Source: the human T2T-CHM13v2.0 reference genome, Homo sapiens. Taken from it: a stretch of 64,000 nt of DNA. This document shows, piece by piece, positions 44,465 through 56,342 of the stretch (positions are counted from its first letter, which is position 1; each line of letters starts with the position of its first letter). Position numbers and translations under genes: made by a program. The notes under the pieces were generated by a model. The model was not told where the DNA came from. It did no database searches and worked only from the letters and a program-made list of their open reading frames with translations. The DNA lies in NCBI RefSeq assembly GCF_009914755.1, contig NC_060938.1; one strand, given 5' to 3'.

Positions 44465-45111
44465 TGTAACCGGAAAGGGGTCCAGATTCAGACCCCAGGA
44501 GAGGGTCCTTGGATCTTCCACAAGAAAGAATTCAGGGCGAGTCCACAGAGTAAAGTGAAAGCAAGTTTATGAAGAGAGTAAAGGAATAAAAGAATGGCTG
44601 CTGTATAGACAGTATAGACAGAGCAGTGTGGCATGGGCTACTCGGCTGAGTGTATTTATAGTTATTTCTTGATTATATGCTAAACAAGAGGTGGATTATT
44701 CATTAGATTTCCAGGAAAGGGGTGGGAATTCCTGGAACTGAGGGTTCCTCCCCTTTTCAGACCATATAGGGTGACTTCCTATGTAGCCGTGGCATTTGTG
44801 AACTGTCATGGCTATGGTGGGGGAGTGTCTTTTAGCATGCTACTGCATTATAATTAGCATATAATGAGCAGTGAGGACACCGGAGGTCACTTTCGTCACC
44901 ATCTTGGTTTTGGTGGGTTTTGGTCGACTTCTCTGCCCAACCTGTTTTATTGGTGTGGTCTTTTGTGACATGTATCTTGTGACCTCCTATCTCATCCTAT
45001 GATTTAGAATGCCATGCCTAACCTCCTGGGAATGCAGCCCAGTAGATCTCAGCCTCATTTTACTCAGCCCCTATTCAAGATGGAGTCGCTGTCATTCAGA
45101 TGCCTCTTATA
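44465..45111 (-). mobile_element. MER41B-like ERV1 solo LTR, full length (~650 bp), antisense to SUSD6
   Basis: Begins tgtaaccggaaaggggtcc..cagacccc..gagaggg, contains tagcatataatgagcagtgaggac and gtcactttcgtcaccatcttggttttggtggg, and ends cagcccctattcaagatggagtcgct...tgcctcttata. 4-bp TSD taag at 44461-44464 and 45112-45115. Confidence 0.88.
44709..44737. promoter_or_regulatory. Tandem GAS (STAT) motifs TTCCAGGAA and TTCCTGGAA inside the MER41 LTR
   Basis: Two exact TTCN3GAA matches at 44709-44717 and 44729-44737, 11 bp apart. The motifs are seen directly; function is inferred. Confidence 0.65.
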
Positions 45112-45592
45112 TAAGTGTACAGACTACTATGAGAAAAAGAATATAAAGTATCTCATTAGTGAATTTTTATGTTGACTCCATGTTGAGATGTAATCAGTCA
45201 ACATATTTTTTCATATGTTGGGTTAAATAAAATATTAAGATTAATTTCACCTGTTTCCATTTATCTTCCTAATTGGCTACTAGAACATTTTAAATTACAT
45301 CTGTGGCCATGTTATATTTCTGTTGGACAGCTTTGTGCTAGGTTTGTGATTTCCATCCATTCCTTCCTCCTCTCCTTAGTTTCTACTCTTTTTCTTCTTT
45401 GCCTCAGGCTCTTACCCTCCCTGGGTGCCGATGAATGATCACCTAGCCAGAAGGACACCCCAGGCTATTAGAAAAGCTCATATTTGAGCAGCTTGTGTCA
45501 CATTTAACACTTACTTCATTGGTTTAGGGTAGAGTTGGCTGTGACCATGTCTGTCTTCTCTAGGTTGTAGGCTTGTAGTGGGGGCATGGTTC

Positions 45593-45711
45593 TGTTACCG
45601 GAAAGAGGTCCAGATCCAGACCCCAACAGAGGATTCTTGGATCTCACACAAGAAATAATTTAGGGAAGTCCATAGAGTAAAGTGATAGCAAGTTGATTAG
45701 GAAAGTAAAGG
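45593..45711 (-). mobile_element. Second, truncated MER41-family LTR (3' end only)
   Basis: tgttaccggaaagaggtccagatccagaccccaa..ttcttggatctc..caagaaa is a diverged match to 44465-44585 and stops abruptly at an Alu. Confidence 0.85.
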
Positions 45712-46015
45712 GGCTGGATGCGCTGGCTCACGCCTGTAATCCCAACACTTTGGGAGGCCGAGGCGGGCAGATCACTTGAGGTCAGGAGTTCGAGACCAGC
45801 CTGGTCAACATGGTGAAACCCTGTCTCTACTAAAAATACAAAAGTTAGCCGGGTGTGGTGGCACACGCCTGTAGTCCCAGCTACTCAGGAGGCTGAGGCA
45901 GGAGAATCGCTTGAACCCATGAGGCAGAGGTTGCAGTGAGCTGAGATTGCCACTGCACTCCAGCCTGGGTGACAGGGGACAGGGCGAGACTCATCACAAA
46001 CAAACAAACAAAAAA
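45712..46015 (+). mobile_element. AluS-type element with (AAAC)n tail, no TSD seen
   Basis: Full dimer. Confidence 0.92.
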
Positions 46016-46763
46016 TGCACTATAGATAATTTAAATGTAACCTTCTCCTACTCAACCCTAATCCCTTTGAGGCTGCATGCATGTCACACTGATCTTTATA
46101 TTCCCTGCTTTCCACACCTTGTTTTGAAGGAGCTCAAGTATTTGTTCTGTTTGTTAAATTGAATGCTTTGACCCCTGGGGCCTTTCCTGGAGCTTATTTT
46201 GCTTTGCTTGTTTTGGAATGTTGTAAAAGTTTGTTTTGTTTTAATTTGCCTCCTTCTGAAAGGTTGGCCTGCAAAACCAACAAAACCAGGGAACCTTTAG
46301 AAAGGCTGGTGAGGGTCCTCAGCAGTTAGTTTCTGCTGAGGGTGTCAGGCTGAGGCGACGGAGGTGGTGGAAGTATCAGCTAGATCATTTTGCGTCTCAT
46401 CTGCATTGTTACCAGGGTGGACTTTGACTGAATGCCTACTGTGTGCACTCCCTGTGCTCACTGAAAGCCTATGTGGCTGTGGGACAGAATGGAAAGCAGA
46501 GAGGAAGCTAAAGATAATTCATTGATTTTTTTTCCCCCTGTAAAATTGTCTGGCTTTCTCCTTTTCTTTTTAAAATTATGTGGCACTGCCACATCAGGTG
46601 AGTTCATTGTCTTCCCAGAGTTAAGTACAGAGCTTCCTTCTGCGAACCTGGAATTGTCAGAGAATGATCCTGGTGCACAGATCAAGACAGTTTCTTGCCT
46701 AGACTGTGGCTTCTGGAAGCCACTGAACAATTTCTTTGCCATGTGGGTTTTGCCTTTTTTTAG

Positions 46764-47191
<428 letters not shown>

Positions 47192-47355
47192 TAAAATGAC
47201 TTGCCTTTTTTTTTTTTTTGGACCCTTTCTTCTTAGGCATCCTTATTTCTTCTTTGAACCTGGAGCATCTTATGACATACTTCAGCTTTTTTCTTTTCTA
47301 TGACCTTCATAGATGGGCATAAAATAATTTTTGTACTGAGTTTATTTTGCCATAC

Positions 47356-47970
47356 TGAAGCGGTGTTGTTGTCTGGGGTAATATCTGAGGTTCATTGTCC
47401 CACAGCCATGGAAAATTAGGATGCAGACACACCAGAGTGAGGTTAAGAGTGGAAGTTTAATAGGCGAAAGAGAAGAGCTCTCTGCACAGAGAGGGGTCCC
47501 AGAGAAAATGGGTTGCACTTCTGCAGTTAAATGAAGAAGGTTTTATAGATGAGCTTGAGGAGACCATTTACATAGGGGACGAAAGATTGGTTGGACCATG
47601 TGTGCCATTTGCATAGTTGTGAAATAGCTGGCCGTCCCACCCTAATCTTTTATTATGCAGATGGGTTCTCTACCTGGTGGGCACCATGTTGCCTGGTCCT
47701 TACTGTACACGTGGTGACAAAGAAAAGGGAACATGGAGCCTCCACTCTGAACACACCTGGCTTCCAGGTGGCCCTTTTCTATTGGCACAGCTGCTGGCAT
47801 TCACCTGTGCAAGCTTCCAGCTTGCTTATCTATGCAGCTCGATTTTTCAGGCTGCTCTTTGTTAGAAAAGAAATGATTTTGAGGCTGCTTTTCCTTAAAA
47901 GGGAAACCTTGCTGAGGACTCTTTTGCCGTCACTATCTGCCTAAATAATTTCTTTCTAGCTCCTGTATCA
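47356..47970 (-). mobile_element. MER50-like ERV1 solo LTR
   Basis: TG...CA termini (tgaagcggtgttgttgtctggggta ... cactatctgcctaaataatttcttt..ctcctgtatca). 4-bp TSD atac at 47352-47355 and 47971-47974. Confidence 0.82.
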
Positions 47971-50274
47971 ATACTAGGATTGCTATAATGTTGACATAAT
48001 CTAAGGGGTCTCTCCTACCTCTAGTCCATCTTATATCAAATTATAAATTTGCTTTTCTTATAATGCTACCCTTCTCAAGAACCTTCAGCGGCTCCCCCTT
48101 TTCTTTGACTATAATTATAAATATCTCCTTTTGTAAGGAAGGTCCTCTACAAGATGGTTTCATCACTCTTCATGTTATTTTTTTGGACTTTTAAAAAATT
48201 ACTCAACCCAGCCAAACTGGGCTGCTTGCTGTTCTCAGAAGTTAACCTACATTTTCCCACTTCAGTGCATTTACTTCAAACTATGACCTCCCTTCCTGAT
48301 GAAGTGAAGCCCCATCTGAAGTGCTACTTCCTCGGAGATCCTTTCCTAGGCTCCCCTATTCCTGCTTTGAACTTCCTCTCTTGTGGCACAAATCACATTA
48401 TTTGACATGTGTTAGAATAAATTTGTATATAGAGTATCTTTGGAAGAATATGGTAGAAACTGGTGCAGTGACTCTGGAAAGAGGAACCCAGTGACGGGAC
48501 ACTGTGCACCCTTTTTGAATTTAATACCTTGTATATTTCCCATGAGTCTGTTTTTTTTGTTTTGTTTTGTTTTGTAAAAGTATTTTAAATAACAAAAACC
48601 TAATCCCTAAAGCATTACAAGAAAATACTGGAGAGTATGTTTATAAACTCAGAGTAGAGAAAGAGTCCTTAATCCAGAAGCCATAAAGAGAATGATTTTT
48701 TAAATATATGTGTGCACTTAATGGTCATATCCCTATTTGGCAAGAAGGACCTGAGGTGCTTATATTTTTGTCCTTTTTCAGAGCATAGCACAGTGACCCC
48801 CTACTCAGAATCAGTAAGTATTAGTTGAATTGAAATTAAACTGAATTACAAGTCACTTCTTTGCAGTCCTCACTTTTTTTTTTTTTTGACTTATTATGAG
48901 TGCTAGGTGACCGCCAGGATCCCGCTCAAAGATTCTGTGGAGATGTGGGTTTTATGGAAAGAGATACCCAGCAAAGCAGGAGTGGCTTTAGAATCAGCAG
49001 CTCTTCCCCTGAGACTGTCCTTCCCAGCACATTGGACTTGTGTGTGGGTCCTGCCTGCTTTCAGGAGCTGCCATGGGGTGCTCAGCATTAATTATGCCAC
49101 GGAAATGAACCAATTAGACACAGTCCAAGGAGAGCCAGGGAGTAAGTCAGGGAGATCTGTGGCAGGCCTGCTGCCCTGAACAAAAGAGGGAAAGTGTAAA
49201 GGCTAAAGCAGTTTGCGGAGGTTTCTTTGGAAATCTAGCTGGCCAGCGCTCTGAACTACTTGGCCAAAGTTAAAGAGCACCAGAAGGAGTGTTTGCGTTT
49301 TTCTTTCTCCTGTTCAAGACTCTGGTGGTGGAGGAGAATAGGGACAAGTTGGGTCCTTAGAGGGGACTTGGGGGGAGCTTACTGGAGCTCATCTCCTAGT
49401 TTCAGAGAAGCTGCCAGACTTCTCTGGATCCCTGTGGCACCTACCCAGCTTTGTTTTGTTAATAGCTTTTTAAAAATGGCATCTTTTTTTTAGTGGCATC
49501 ACCTAAAAAAAGAAAAGAAAAAGTGCCTTTTCTCCCCATCTCAAGTGTTAAGCAAATTGAGGGTAGGGAGCCATCATCTCTTTTCCATTTGGTGTCCACT
49601 CCCCAACCTGGCTGGCAGTCAGCTTGCTTAACAGCCATTTGTAGATTGGAAAGAAGAGGCATGGGTGAGAGAGGCTGTGAGGGCACAGCTGCAGGGTGGT
49701 GTGGTCTGCCCCTCTCGTGGATGAGAAACTGCCTTATCTTGGACAGTCAGGCACTGTGGTGTGACTCTCAGTCACTCCAGGCCTGTCAGAGGAAATGAGA
49801 AAAAGAAAACGACCGTTCTTATTCTCATACAGATGTCCTTGTGATATTCAGGATGGGGGCAGGTTATTTGTCAGCAAAATTGAATTTCCTTTGGAAAACT
49901 TTTGGTCTTTATTGCATTCATGGTTGCCTGGCCATTCTACCTCAGCCCAACATTCCAAACAGTGATTCTGTAGTGCCCCCACTTTTACTGTTTTGGCTGG
50001 TAATACCCGGCAGTCCACCACCTGGGGTCTTCAGTTTTGCAGTGTCAGTCCAGAGTGGAATCAGAGGTTGTCCTTTTCCTCCTCAGGTCCACTCAGACCT
50101 TCCAGATCCTCTGACTTACCATTACTGCAACTTACCAGGGTTCCCACCATACCTAGGCACTGCCTGCCATCTCCCTAACTGACCAGTTTCAAGAGGGCAA
50201 AGGGGAGGTAACCTTGACACCCATACCCCTTAAAGGCCATGCAGCTCATGGGGTAGAAGCAATGTCTGCTGGTG

Positions 50275-50480
50275 GAAAGAGCAGAGGTTTAGAATCAGAA
50301 GATTTGACTGTGACCCCAAGCCTGCCATTTACCTTGCTGTAAGCTTGGCTAAAAGTCACTTAACTTTTGTGGCCCTCAGTGTCTTCTTCTTCAAAGGAGA
50401 GTAACGATAGCTGTCTCACAGAGTTGTCAGGACAAATAAGGCGGGAGGTGAAGGTGCTTTTGAAACTAGGCAGTCCTGTA
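50275..50480 (+). mobile_element. MIR SINE
   Basis: ttagaatcagaagatttg..ctgccatttacc..gctgt..cttgg..aagtcacttaac..cctcagtgtc..cacagagttgt. Confidence 0.65.
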
Positions 50481-51060
50481 TATCAGTGGAAAATGTGGAA
50501 TTTATCATGGGATAGAGACAGGTGGTGCCATTGACTACTATAGTCAGAGAATGGAAGATGCACAGGGGGTTTGGGAAGCCTCCCAGGGAATCTATCAGAA
50601 ATCCCCTCTCAGGCCAAGAGTGCACGTTTTTATTATACAATAGAGTCTTTTCTGACATTGATAGTGGAAACAAGGCCAACATTTTTCCTCCTTTCACTGT
50701 GATTTATTATGTGTGTTACAGGCTTTATTACATAATACAGGCTTTATTAAAACTATTATGTCTAGATCTCTATAGGTTCAAGACTTTAGAGTCTGCCGTT
50801 CATTTATGGATGGAATTCTCTTAAGGCATGGTGGGGAGGGAGGGGGAAATGTTGCAAGCAGCCACTTCCCCTGTTGCCAGTATACTTCCCCTCTGTCAGT
50901 GGCAACCTGAGTTTCCAGGGTTTGGTTAACAGTTCCTCCAAGGAAAGGGTTATTTCCTCCTCCTGTGTTTCCTGTAGAGGCCTTCAGAGCTGCGTCACTG
51001 AGAGCAGACTCCTACTGGATACCTCACCACTGTACCCCTGCTCTCTCCCTGTCTTTGCAG

Positions 51061-51258
51061 TGTGCCCCCTACCACCGGAGCCAGAGAATGGTGGCTACAT
51101 CTGCCACCCCCGGCCCTGCAGAGACCCCCTGACAGCAGGCAGTGTCATCGAATACCTGTGTGCTGAAGGCTACATGTTGAAGGGCGATTACAAATACCTG
51201 ACGTGTAAGAATGGCGAGTGGAAACCAGCCATGGAGATTAGCTGCCGTCTCAACGAGG
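51061..51258 (+). CDS. SUSD6: SUSD6 coding exon 2: Sushi/CCP domain (VCPLPPEPENGGYIC...YLCAEGYMLKG...LTCKNGEWKPAMEISCRLNE)
   Basis: Acceptor ctctccctgtctttgcAG| at 51060, donor AGG|gtcagt at 51259. 198 nt, phase 1-1. CCP signature C-P-x-P..NG..Y-x-C..GY-x-L-x-G...C..G-x-W...C, visible in ORF 50874..51275. Confidence 0.96.
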
Positions 51259-52269
51259 GTCAGTCTGGCAGATGAAAAAGGGATGCTGCTGGGGTTCTGC
51301 TTTCTGTTAACTCACAGGATGCAAAGCATGCTTCCTCCAGAGCACTCTTTGCTGTGGTGCAGCCCAGCCCCAGTTGATGCTCTGCAGCCTCCCTTCCTTG
51401 GGTCTTCATGTCTTTGTGGAAGATACTTGAGGTTGCTGGTGCATGTCCTATTGCATTTCATTGAGCCATCTGCCCTGCTCTGTAAAGCCCGTTTGATGTT
51501 CAGGATCTCTTGTTTGCATGGCCAAGTGTTGGTGACCCTTGACCATGTTCTGCCCTCACAGTGAGCACAATGCTAATACCTTCTCTAATGTATCGTCCAT
51601 TTCATTTTTCCTTGAATGGAGCTACAGACCAGCTGGACAAAAGACCTCCCACCCTTACTGCTTCCTCCTGTCTTGCATGACAGGAAAATCCACCTGCTTG
51701 CAGTAAAGTGTGTCATATAACCATCTTTGTGCTTCCCACTCAGGCTTCAAGACCAGAGCATGTTTAACCCATGACACCCCAGAAATGGGTGGGAACCAAC
51801 CTGAGAGTTACAATTAAAGCTGTGGATCTTAAGACAAGGTTTTATTACAGTCCAGTTTCTGTAAATTAATCCTGCCACTTGGGAAGAACATAGGTAGAAC
51901 TTAAGATGGTGGAATGACATGCCCAGTTAAATTGTCGATGTTTACAAACTTCAAGCTTTTGAGGATGGGATCAAAGTGGTTTATAAAGGTAAAATCTCTA
52001 GGGTTAAGTGAGTTTATGTGTCAGATGGACCTCAAAGATTGGAAGTGAGGGGAATTTTTTATTCAGGAAACAGGATAGGGAAATGGTCCTTTTCCAAAAG
52101 AACTGTGTATACATAGGTCATTCTAAGCTGTTATTCCTGAAATGACCCTGACCGTAGGATGTCTGTATTGCACCATTCAGGAGGCATTTGACAAGATCAG
52201 CTGTGGGGCCCATCAGCTGTTTTGTGTATTTGGGTACAAAACCCTTCTGATGATGGCTTGTTTTTATAG

Positions 52270-52408
52270 ATAAAGACACCCACACATCACTTGGGGTCCC
52301 CACGCTGTCTATAGTGGCTTCTACTGCCAGCTCCGTGGCGCTCATTCTCCTCCTCGTGGTGCTGTTTGTGCTGCTGCAGCCAAAGCTGAAGTCTTTCCAT
52401 CATAGCAG
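52270..52408 (+). CDS. SUSD6: SUSD6 coding exon 3: stalk and transmembrane helix (DKDTHTSLGVPTLSIVASTASSVALILLLVVLFVLLQPKLKSFHHSR)
   Basis: Acceptor ttgtttttatAG| at 52269, donor CAG|gtgagt at 52409. 139 nt, phase 1-2, frame-compatible with both neighbours. Hydrophobic helix followed by basic residues. Confidence 0.95.
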
Positions 52409-52699
52409 GTGAGTCCAGTGGCAGAGCTGACATGAGACAGGCAGGTGCAAGCATTACTGTGGGGGCCAGTCTTTGGTGGAGGGTTGCTGGTGGCCCCAAT
52501 CTCTGTGGGTCTGTGTGTGTCCAGGGAGTGGGGAGGGCCCTGCCATGTGTCAAACTCCTAGATGTGCCTACCATTGTGCTTATTGCTTTGCATACATTAT
52601 CTTAATCCTCATAGGAACATTGCAGATGAGGAAATTGAGGCTCAGAGAGGTTATTCACTCAGGGTTATACCTCTAGATGACAACAGAGCTCAGAACTGA

Positions 52700-53036
<337 letters not shown>

Positions 53037-53050
53037 TCATTTCCCCTACA

Positions 53051-53384
53051 CCAGTCGTTCTCAAAGCGTGGTTCCAGCAGCGTCAGGATCATGGAACTTG
53101 TTAGGATCAACCAAATGAGAAGCTCTAGGGGTGAGGCCCAGTGATATTGTTTAACAAGCTGTCCAGGTGATTTTGATGAACACTTAAGTTTGTGAGCCAC
53201 TATCCTGCACTCCTGGTTCCCAGTCCTGGCTGCAATATAGAGGCACCTGGGGGAGTTTAAAAACAAATATCAACACTTGGGCCTCCATTCCCATTCTGAT
53301 TTATTTGGTTTGGAATGGAACCCTGGCATTCACTTTTTATAAAAAGCTCAGTTTTTCTGTGCAACTAGGATTTAGAACCACTGC
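53051..53384. mobile_element. Two adjacent MER5-like DNA transposon copies
   Basis: ccagtcgttctcaaagcgtggt..cagcagcgtca...tttaacaagc..ccaggtgattttgatg..aagtttg.gagccact, then a second copy ending ggatttagaaccactg. Confidence 0.7.
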
Positions 53385-54122
53385 ACCACACTAAGGAGAA
53401 ACAAAGGAAGTGGATTTTCTTGCCTGCCTTTATCAGTTTCCTTTTCCAGTCTACTGCTTTAGCCACAAGTTGTCTAGGGGCGAGGAGCATGAAGGGCAGA
53501 GCTGATGGTGCTGGCCCTGAGTGGATTCCCGATGATGGACTTTTCTTCCAGGCCATTGTGGCTTCTGCAGTTACTTGGCCCTTCCTGGCAGTTCCTCATT
53601 CCCTCTTGAGGAGTAACATTTTTTATATATCTTCACAGTCCTTCATCAGTCACTGTTATAACTCACAAACATAAAGGGCCAAAGTAAACTGCATTCAGTA
53701 AAATGTTCCAAATTTGGATTTACAGACAAGGACCAGGCTAGATTTAATCTCTGTGTACTATGTGTGATTTTCTTTCTTTTATTTTGTTTTTGGGAAGAGG
53801 CTAGCAGTTATTTTTAAAGGCTATTAATTAATAGGATGAAGAGGATTTGAAGGGGATTGTTTACTTGAAATGATCAGCTATTTCCACCTAAAGTCAAACT
53901 GATCAGTTCTGCATCTCATCTAAATGAGGGAGTTTTCCCCCCTATAGTTAACTTGTAAGTTTGTTAAAAGTAACTGGCTAGTTTTGCTTGATTTGAGTAG
54001 AGGGGAGATTTGGTTTTCATTGTAGACCCCATTTAAATTTTGTGCTGTGTACATATATTACTTTTTAAGCCAAACACTATTTTGAGTAACAAAAGTCAAG
54101 CACATGCCAGTTTACACACTGC

Positions 54123-54396
54123 TTTCTTTTTTTTCTTTTTCTGAGACAGGGTCTCACTCATGTTGCCCAGGCTGGAGTGCAGTGGCGTGATCACAGCCTA
54201 CTGCAGACATGACTTCCCTGGGCTCAGGTGATCCTCCCACCTCAGCCTCCCTAGTAGCTGCAACCACAGGCATGTGCCACCATACCCAGCTAATTTTTTT
54301 GTATTTTTTATAGATATGGGTTTCGCCACATTGCCAGGCTGGTCTTGAATCCTGGTCTCAAGCAGTCTGCCCACCTCAGCCTCCTAAAGTGCTCCC
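54123..54396 (-). mobile_element. AluJ-type element, 5'-truncated
   Basis: Reverse Alu ending at cctcctaaagtgct. Confidence 0.88.
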
Positions 54397-54499
54397 ATCA
54401 AACTTTCCCTTCCTTCCAAAAACCTCTGCCACTTCTCTCCTCTCAGAGTGTATGTAGCACAGATTTTACTGCCAAGAGCAGGTGAGGAAATTGAGAACT

Positions 54500-55760
54500 A
54501 CTAACAACAATCTAGCAACAATAATATGGTCTAGCAGCAGACCATCTATATTTCTTGAATTGATGAGCTGAAAGGACACAGCATCACCTAGGATTGGCCT
54601 GAATCCAATGCTGAGGAAACTATTAGACAAGTCCAGATTGTGGGACATTCTTTGAGACAGCTGGCCTGGACTCTTTAAAAAAAAAAAAAAGCCAATGTCA
54701 TGAAAGAAAAACTATAGTGGACTGTTTAACAGATTAAATGAGATGAAAGACACAGGACAATTAAATGCAATACATGATACTTAATTGGGTCCTGGATGAA
54801 AACAAAGAAGACTGCAGCTGAAGTAGATATATTTTTGGATAGTTAGGAAAATTTGTGTTATTGTATTACACCAATGTTAAATTTCTGGGATCTGATGATG
54901 TAGTTGTATCAGAAAGGATACTCTTAGGAAGTATATGTTAAATAACATCTTCACCTTACTTTTAGATGGTTCAGGGAAAAAAAAGGCATGTTTATGTGTA
55001 TAACAAAAGTGATCCCCAAAAAAGATATCCGCATGAATAAGCCTCACACGTATGATGTTGAGTAAAAGAAGCCAGAAACAGATATATACTCTCACAAATT
55101 TACTTTGTTATCCCATTCAAGTAAAGATTAAAAATATGCAAAACTGTCCAGGCACAGTGGCTCACGCCTGTAATCCTTTGGGAGGAGGAGGTGAGAGGAT
55201 TGCCTGAGCCCAGGAGTTCAAGACCAGCCTGGGCAACATGGAGAAACTCCGTCTCTACAAAAAATTGGCCAGGCGTGGTGGTGCATGCCTTAGTCCCAGC
55301 TACTTGGGAGGCTGAAGTGGGAGCATCACCTGAGCCCAGGATGTTGAGGCTGCAGTAGGTTGTGATCACACCACTGCACTGCAGCCTGGGCAACAGAGTA
55401 AGACCCTTTCTCAAAAGAAAAACAATTTTTTTAATTAAAAAAAAATATATGCAAAACTAAACCACAGTGTTGAAGGATTCATGTTTAGGTAGTAGAACTG
55501 TTAAAATAAAAAGCAAAGAAATGATTTTCCTGAAAGTCTGGATAGTGGTTACTTTTTGTGGTGAGGCAATGGGAGTGATTTTGGGACAGGTGCAAAGGGT
55601 CTAGGTTCTGGGCAGTGTTCTTTTTCTTGACCTATATAGGAGTTTTATACCAGTGTTACTTTTGGAGTAAATCAGCTAGCTGTACACAGATTTTTCTTGT
55701 GTTCTGTTTTCTGTATTTGTGTTCAAAGTTTTTAAAAAGTTTACAAACTTTTAAAAAAAG
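54500..55760 (+). mobile_element. Old L1M(C/E) 3'-end fragments interrupted by an Alu
   Basis: agacaa..ccagattgtgggacattct..acagctggcctggactctt, caattaaatgcaa, atgttgagtaaaagaagccaga, caaaactaa, ggatagtggttac. Confidence 0.65.
55147..55445 (+). mobile_element. AluJ-type element
   Basis: Dimer. TSD atatgcaaaact. Confidence 0.9.
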
Positions 55761-56029
55761 CAGTATGGCTGAGTCAGAACAAAATTATTGTGATTTCTAG
55801 TCCAGTATCCCACACTTCCCTGTTTTTTAACAGCTTTATTGAGATATATTCCACATACCATACAGTGTACCTATTTAATGTGTACAGTGAAGTGGTTTTT
55901 AGTATATTCACAGATATATGCCACCATCATTCTCTCACTTCCTTATTTTAGCTGTGCTGAATGAATGCCTTTATTTCTGGGTCTCTAGGCTCCTAGTTTT
56001 TCCACAGGGTAAAAGGGCCAGGTGCCTGT

Positions 56030-56280
56030 GTACCCAGAGGTTAAGAACACAGTTTTTGGAGGCTGATGGAACCGGATTCAAATCCTAGCTCCATCCTTTA
56101 CCAGCTGTGTGATTGAGGGCAAGTTAATTAACTTCTCTGAGCCTCATTTGCATTCTTGGTGAATCCCTACCTGAAAGGGCTCAGGTGAGAATCCAGCATG
56201 ATAAGGTGTTTAAAATTCCTAGTGCTTTGCCTGGCACATAGTAAGTGCTCAAAAATGGTGGCGGCTGCTATTATTATTAT
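56030..56280 (+). mobile_element. MIR SINE just upstream of coding exon 4
   Basis: ggttaagaacaca..ttcaaatcctagctcca..ttaccagctgtgtga..gggcaagtta.ttaacttctctgagcctca...tgcctggcacatagtaagtgctcaa. Confidence 0.8.
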
Positions 56281-56342
56281 CATGCCTGTTTCTCTGTGTG
56301 TTTATTCTAATTCATCCTTTGTCTTTTCCTCCTCCACTCCAG

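Larger units (their letters stand above)
44371..45335. mobile_element. MER33-like hAT DNA transposon split by the MER41 LTR
   Basis: Left part ctgtgctgtcca..tacaatagccacta..acttgaaatgtg..gtgtgctataag. Right part ttgggttaaataaaatat..ttaatttcacctgttt..ggctactagaa..tttaaattacat..tatatttctgttggacagc. The inverted ends match. Confidence 0.78.

Noticed and set aside
44585-44590. Sense-strand AATAAA inside the MER41 LTR (and another at about 12355)
   Set aside because: Common hexamer with no clear upstream terminal-exon acceptor. It cannot be supported without 3'-end data.
50874-51060. N-terminal extension of the Sushi ORF
   Set aside because: Intronic sequence including the polypyrimidine tract, with a TTG start and no signal peptide.
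51324-51333. Perfect p53 half-site AAGCATGCTT
   Set aside because: No acceptable partner half-site adjacent.
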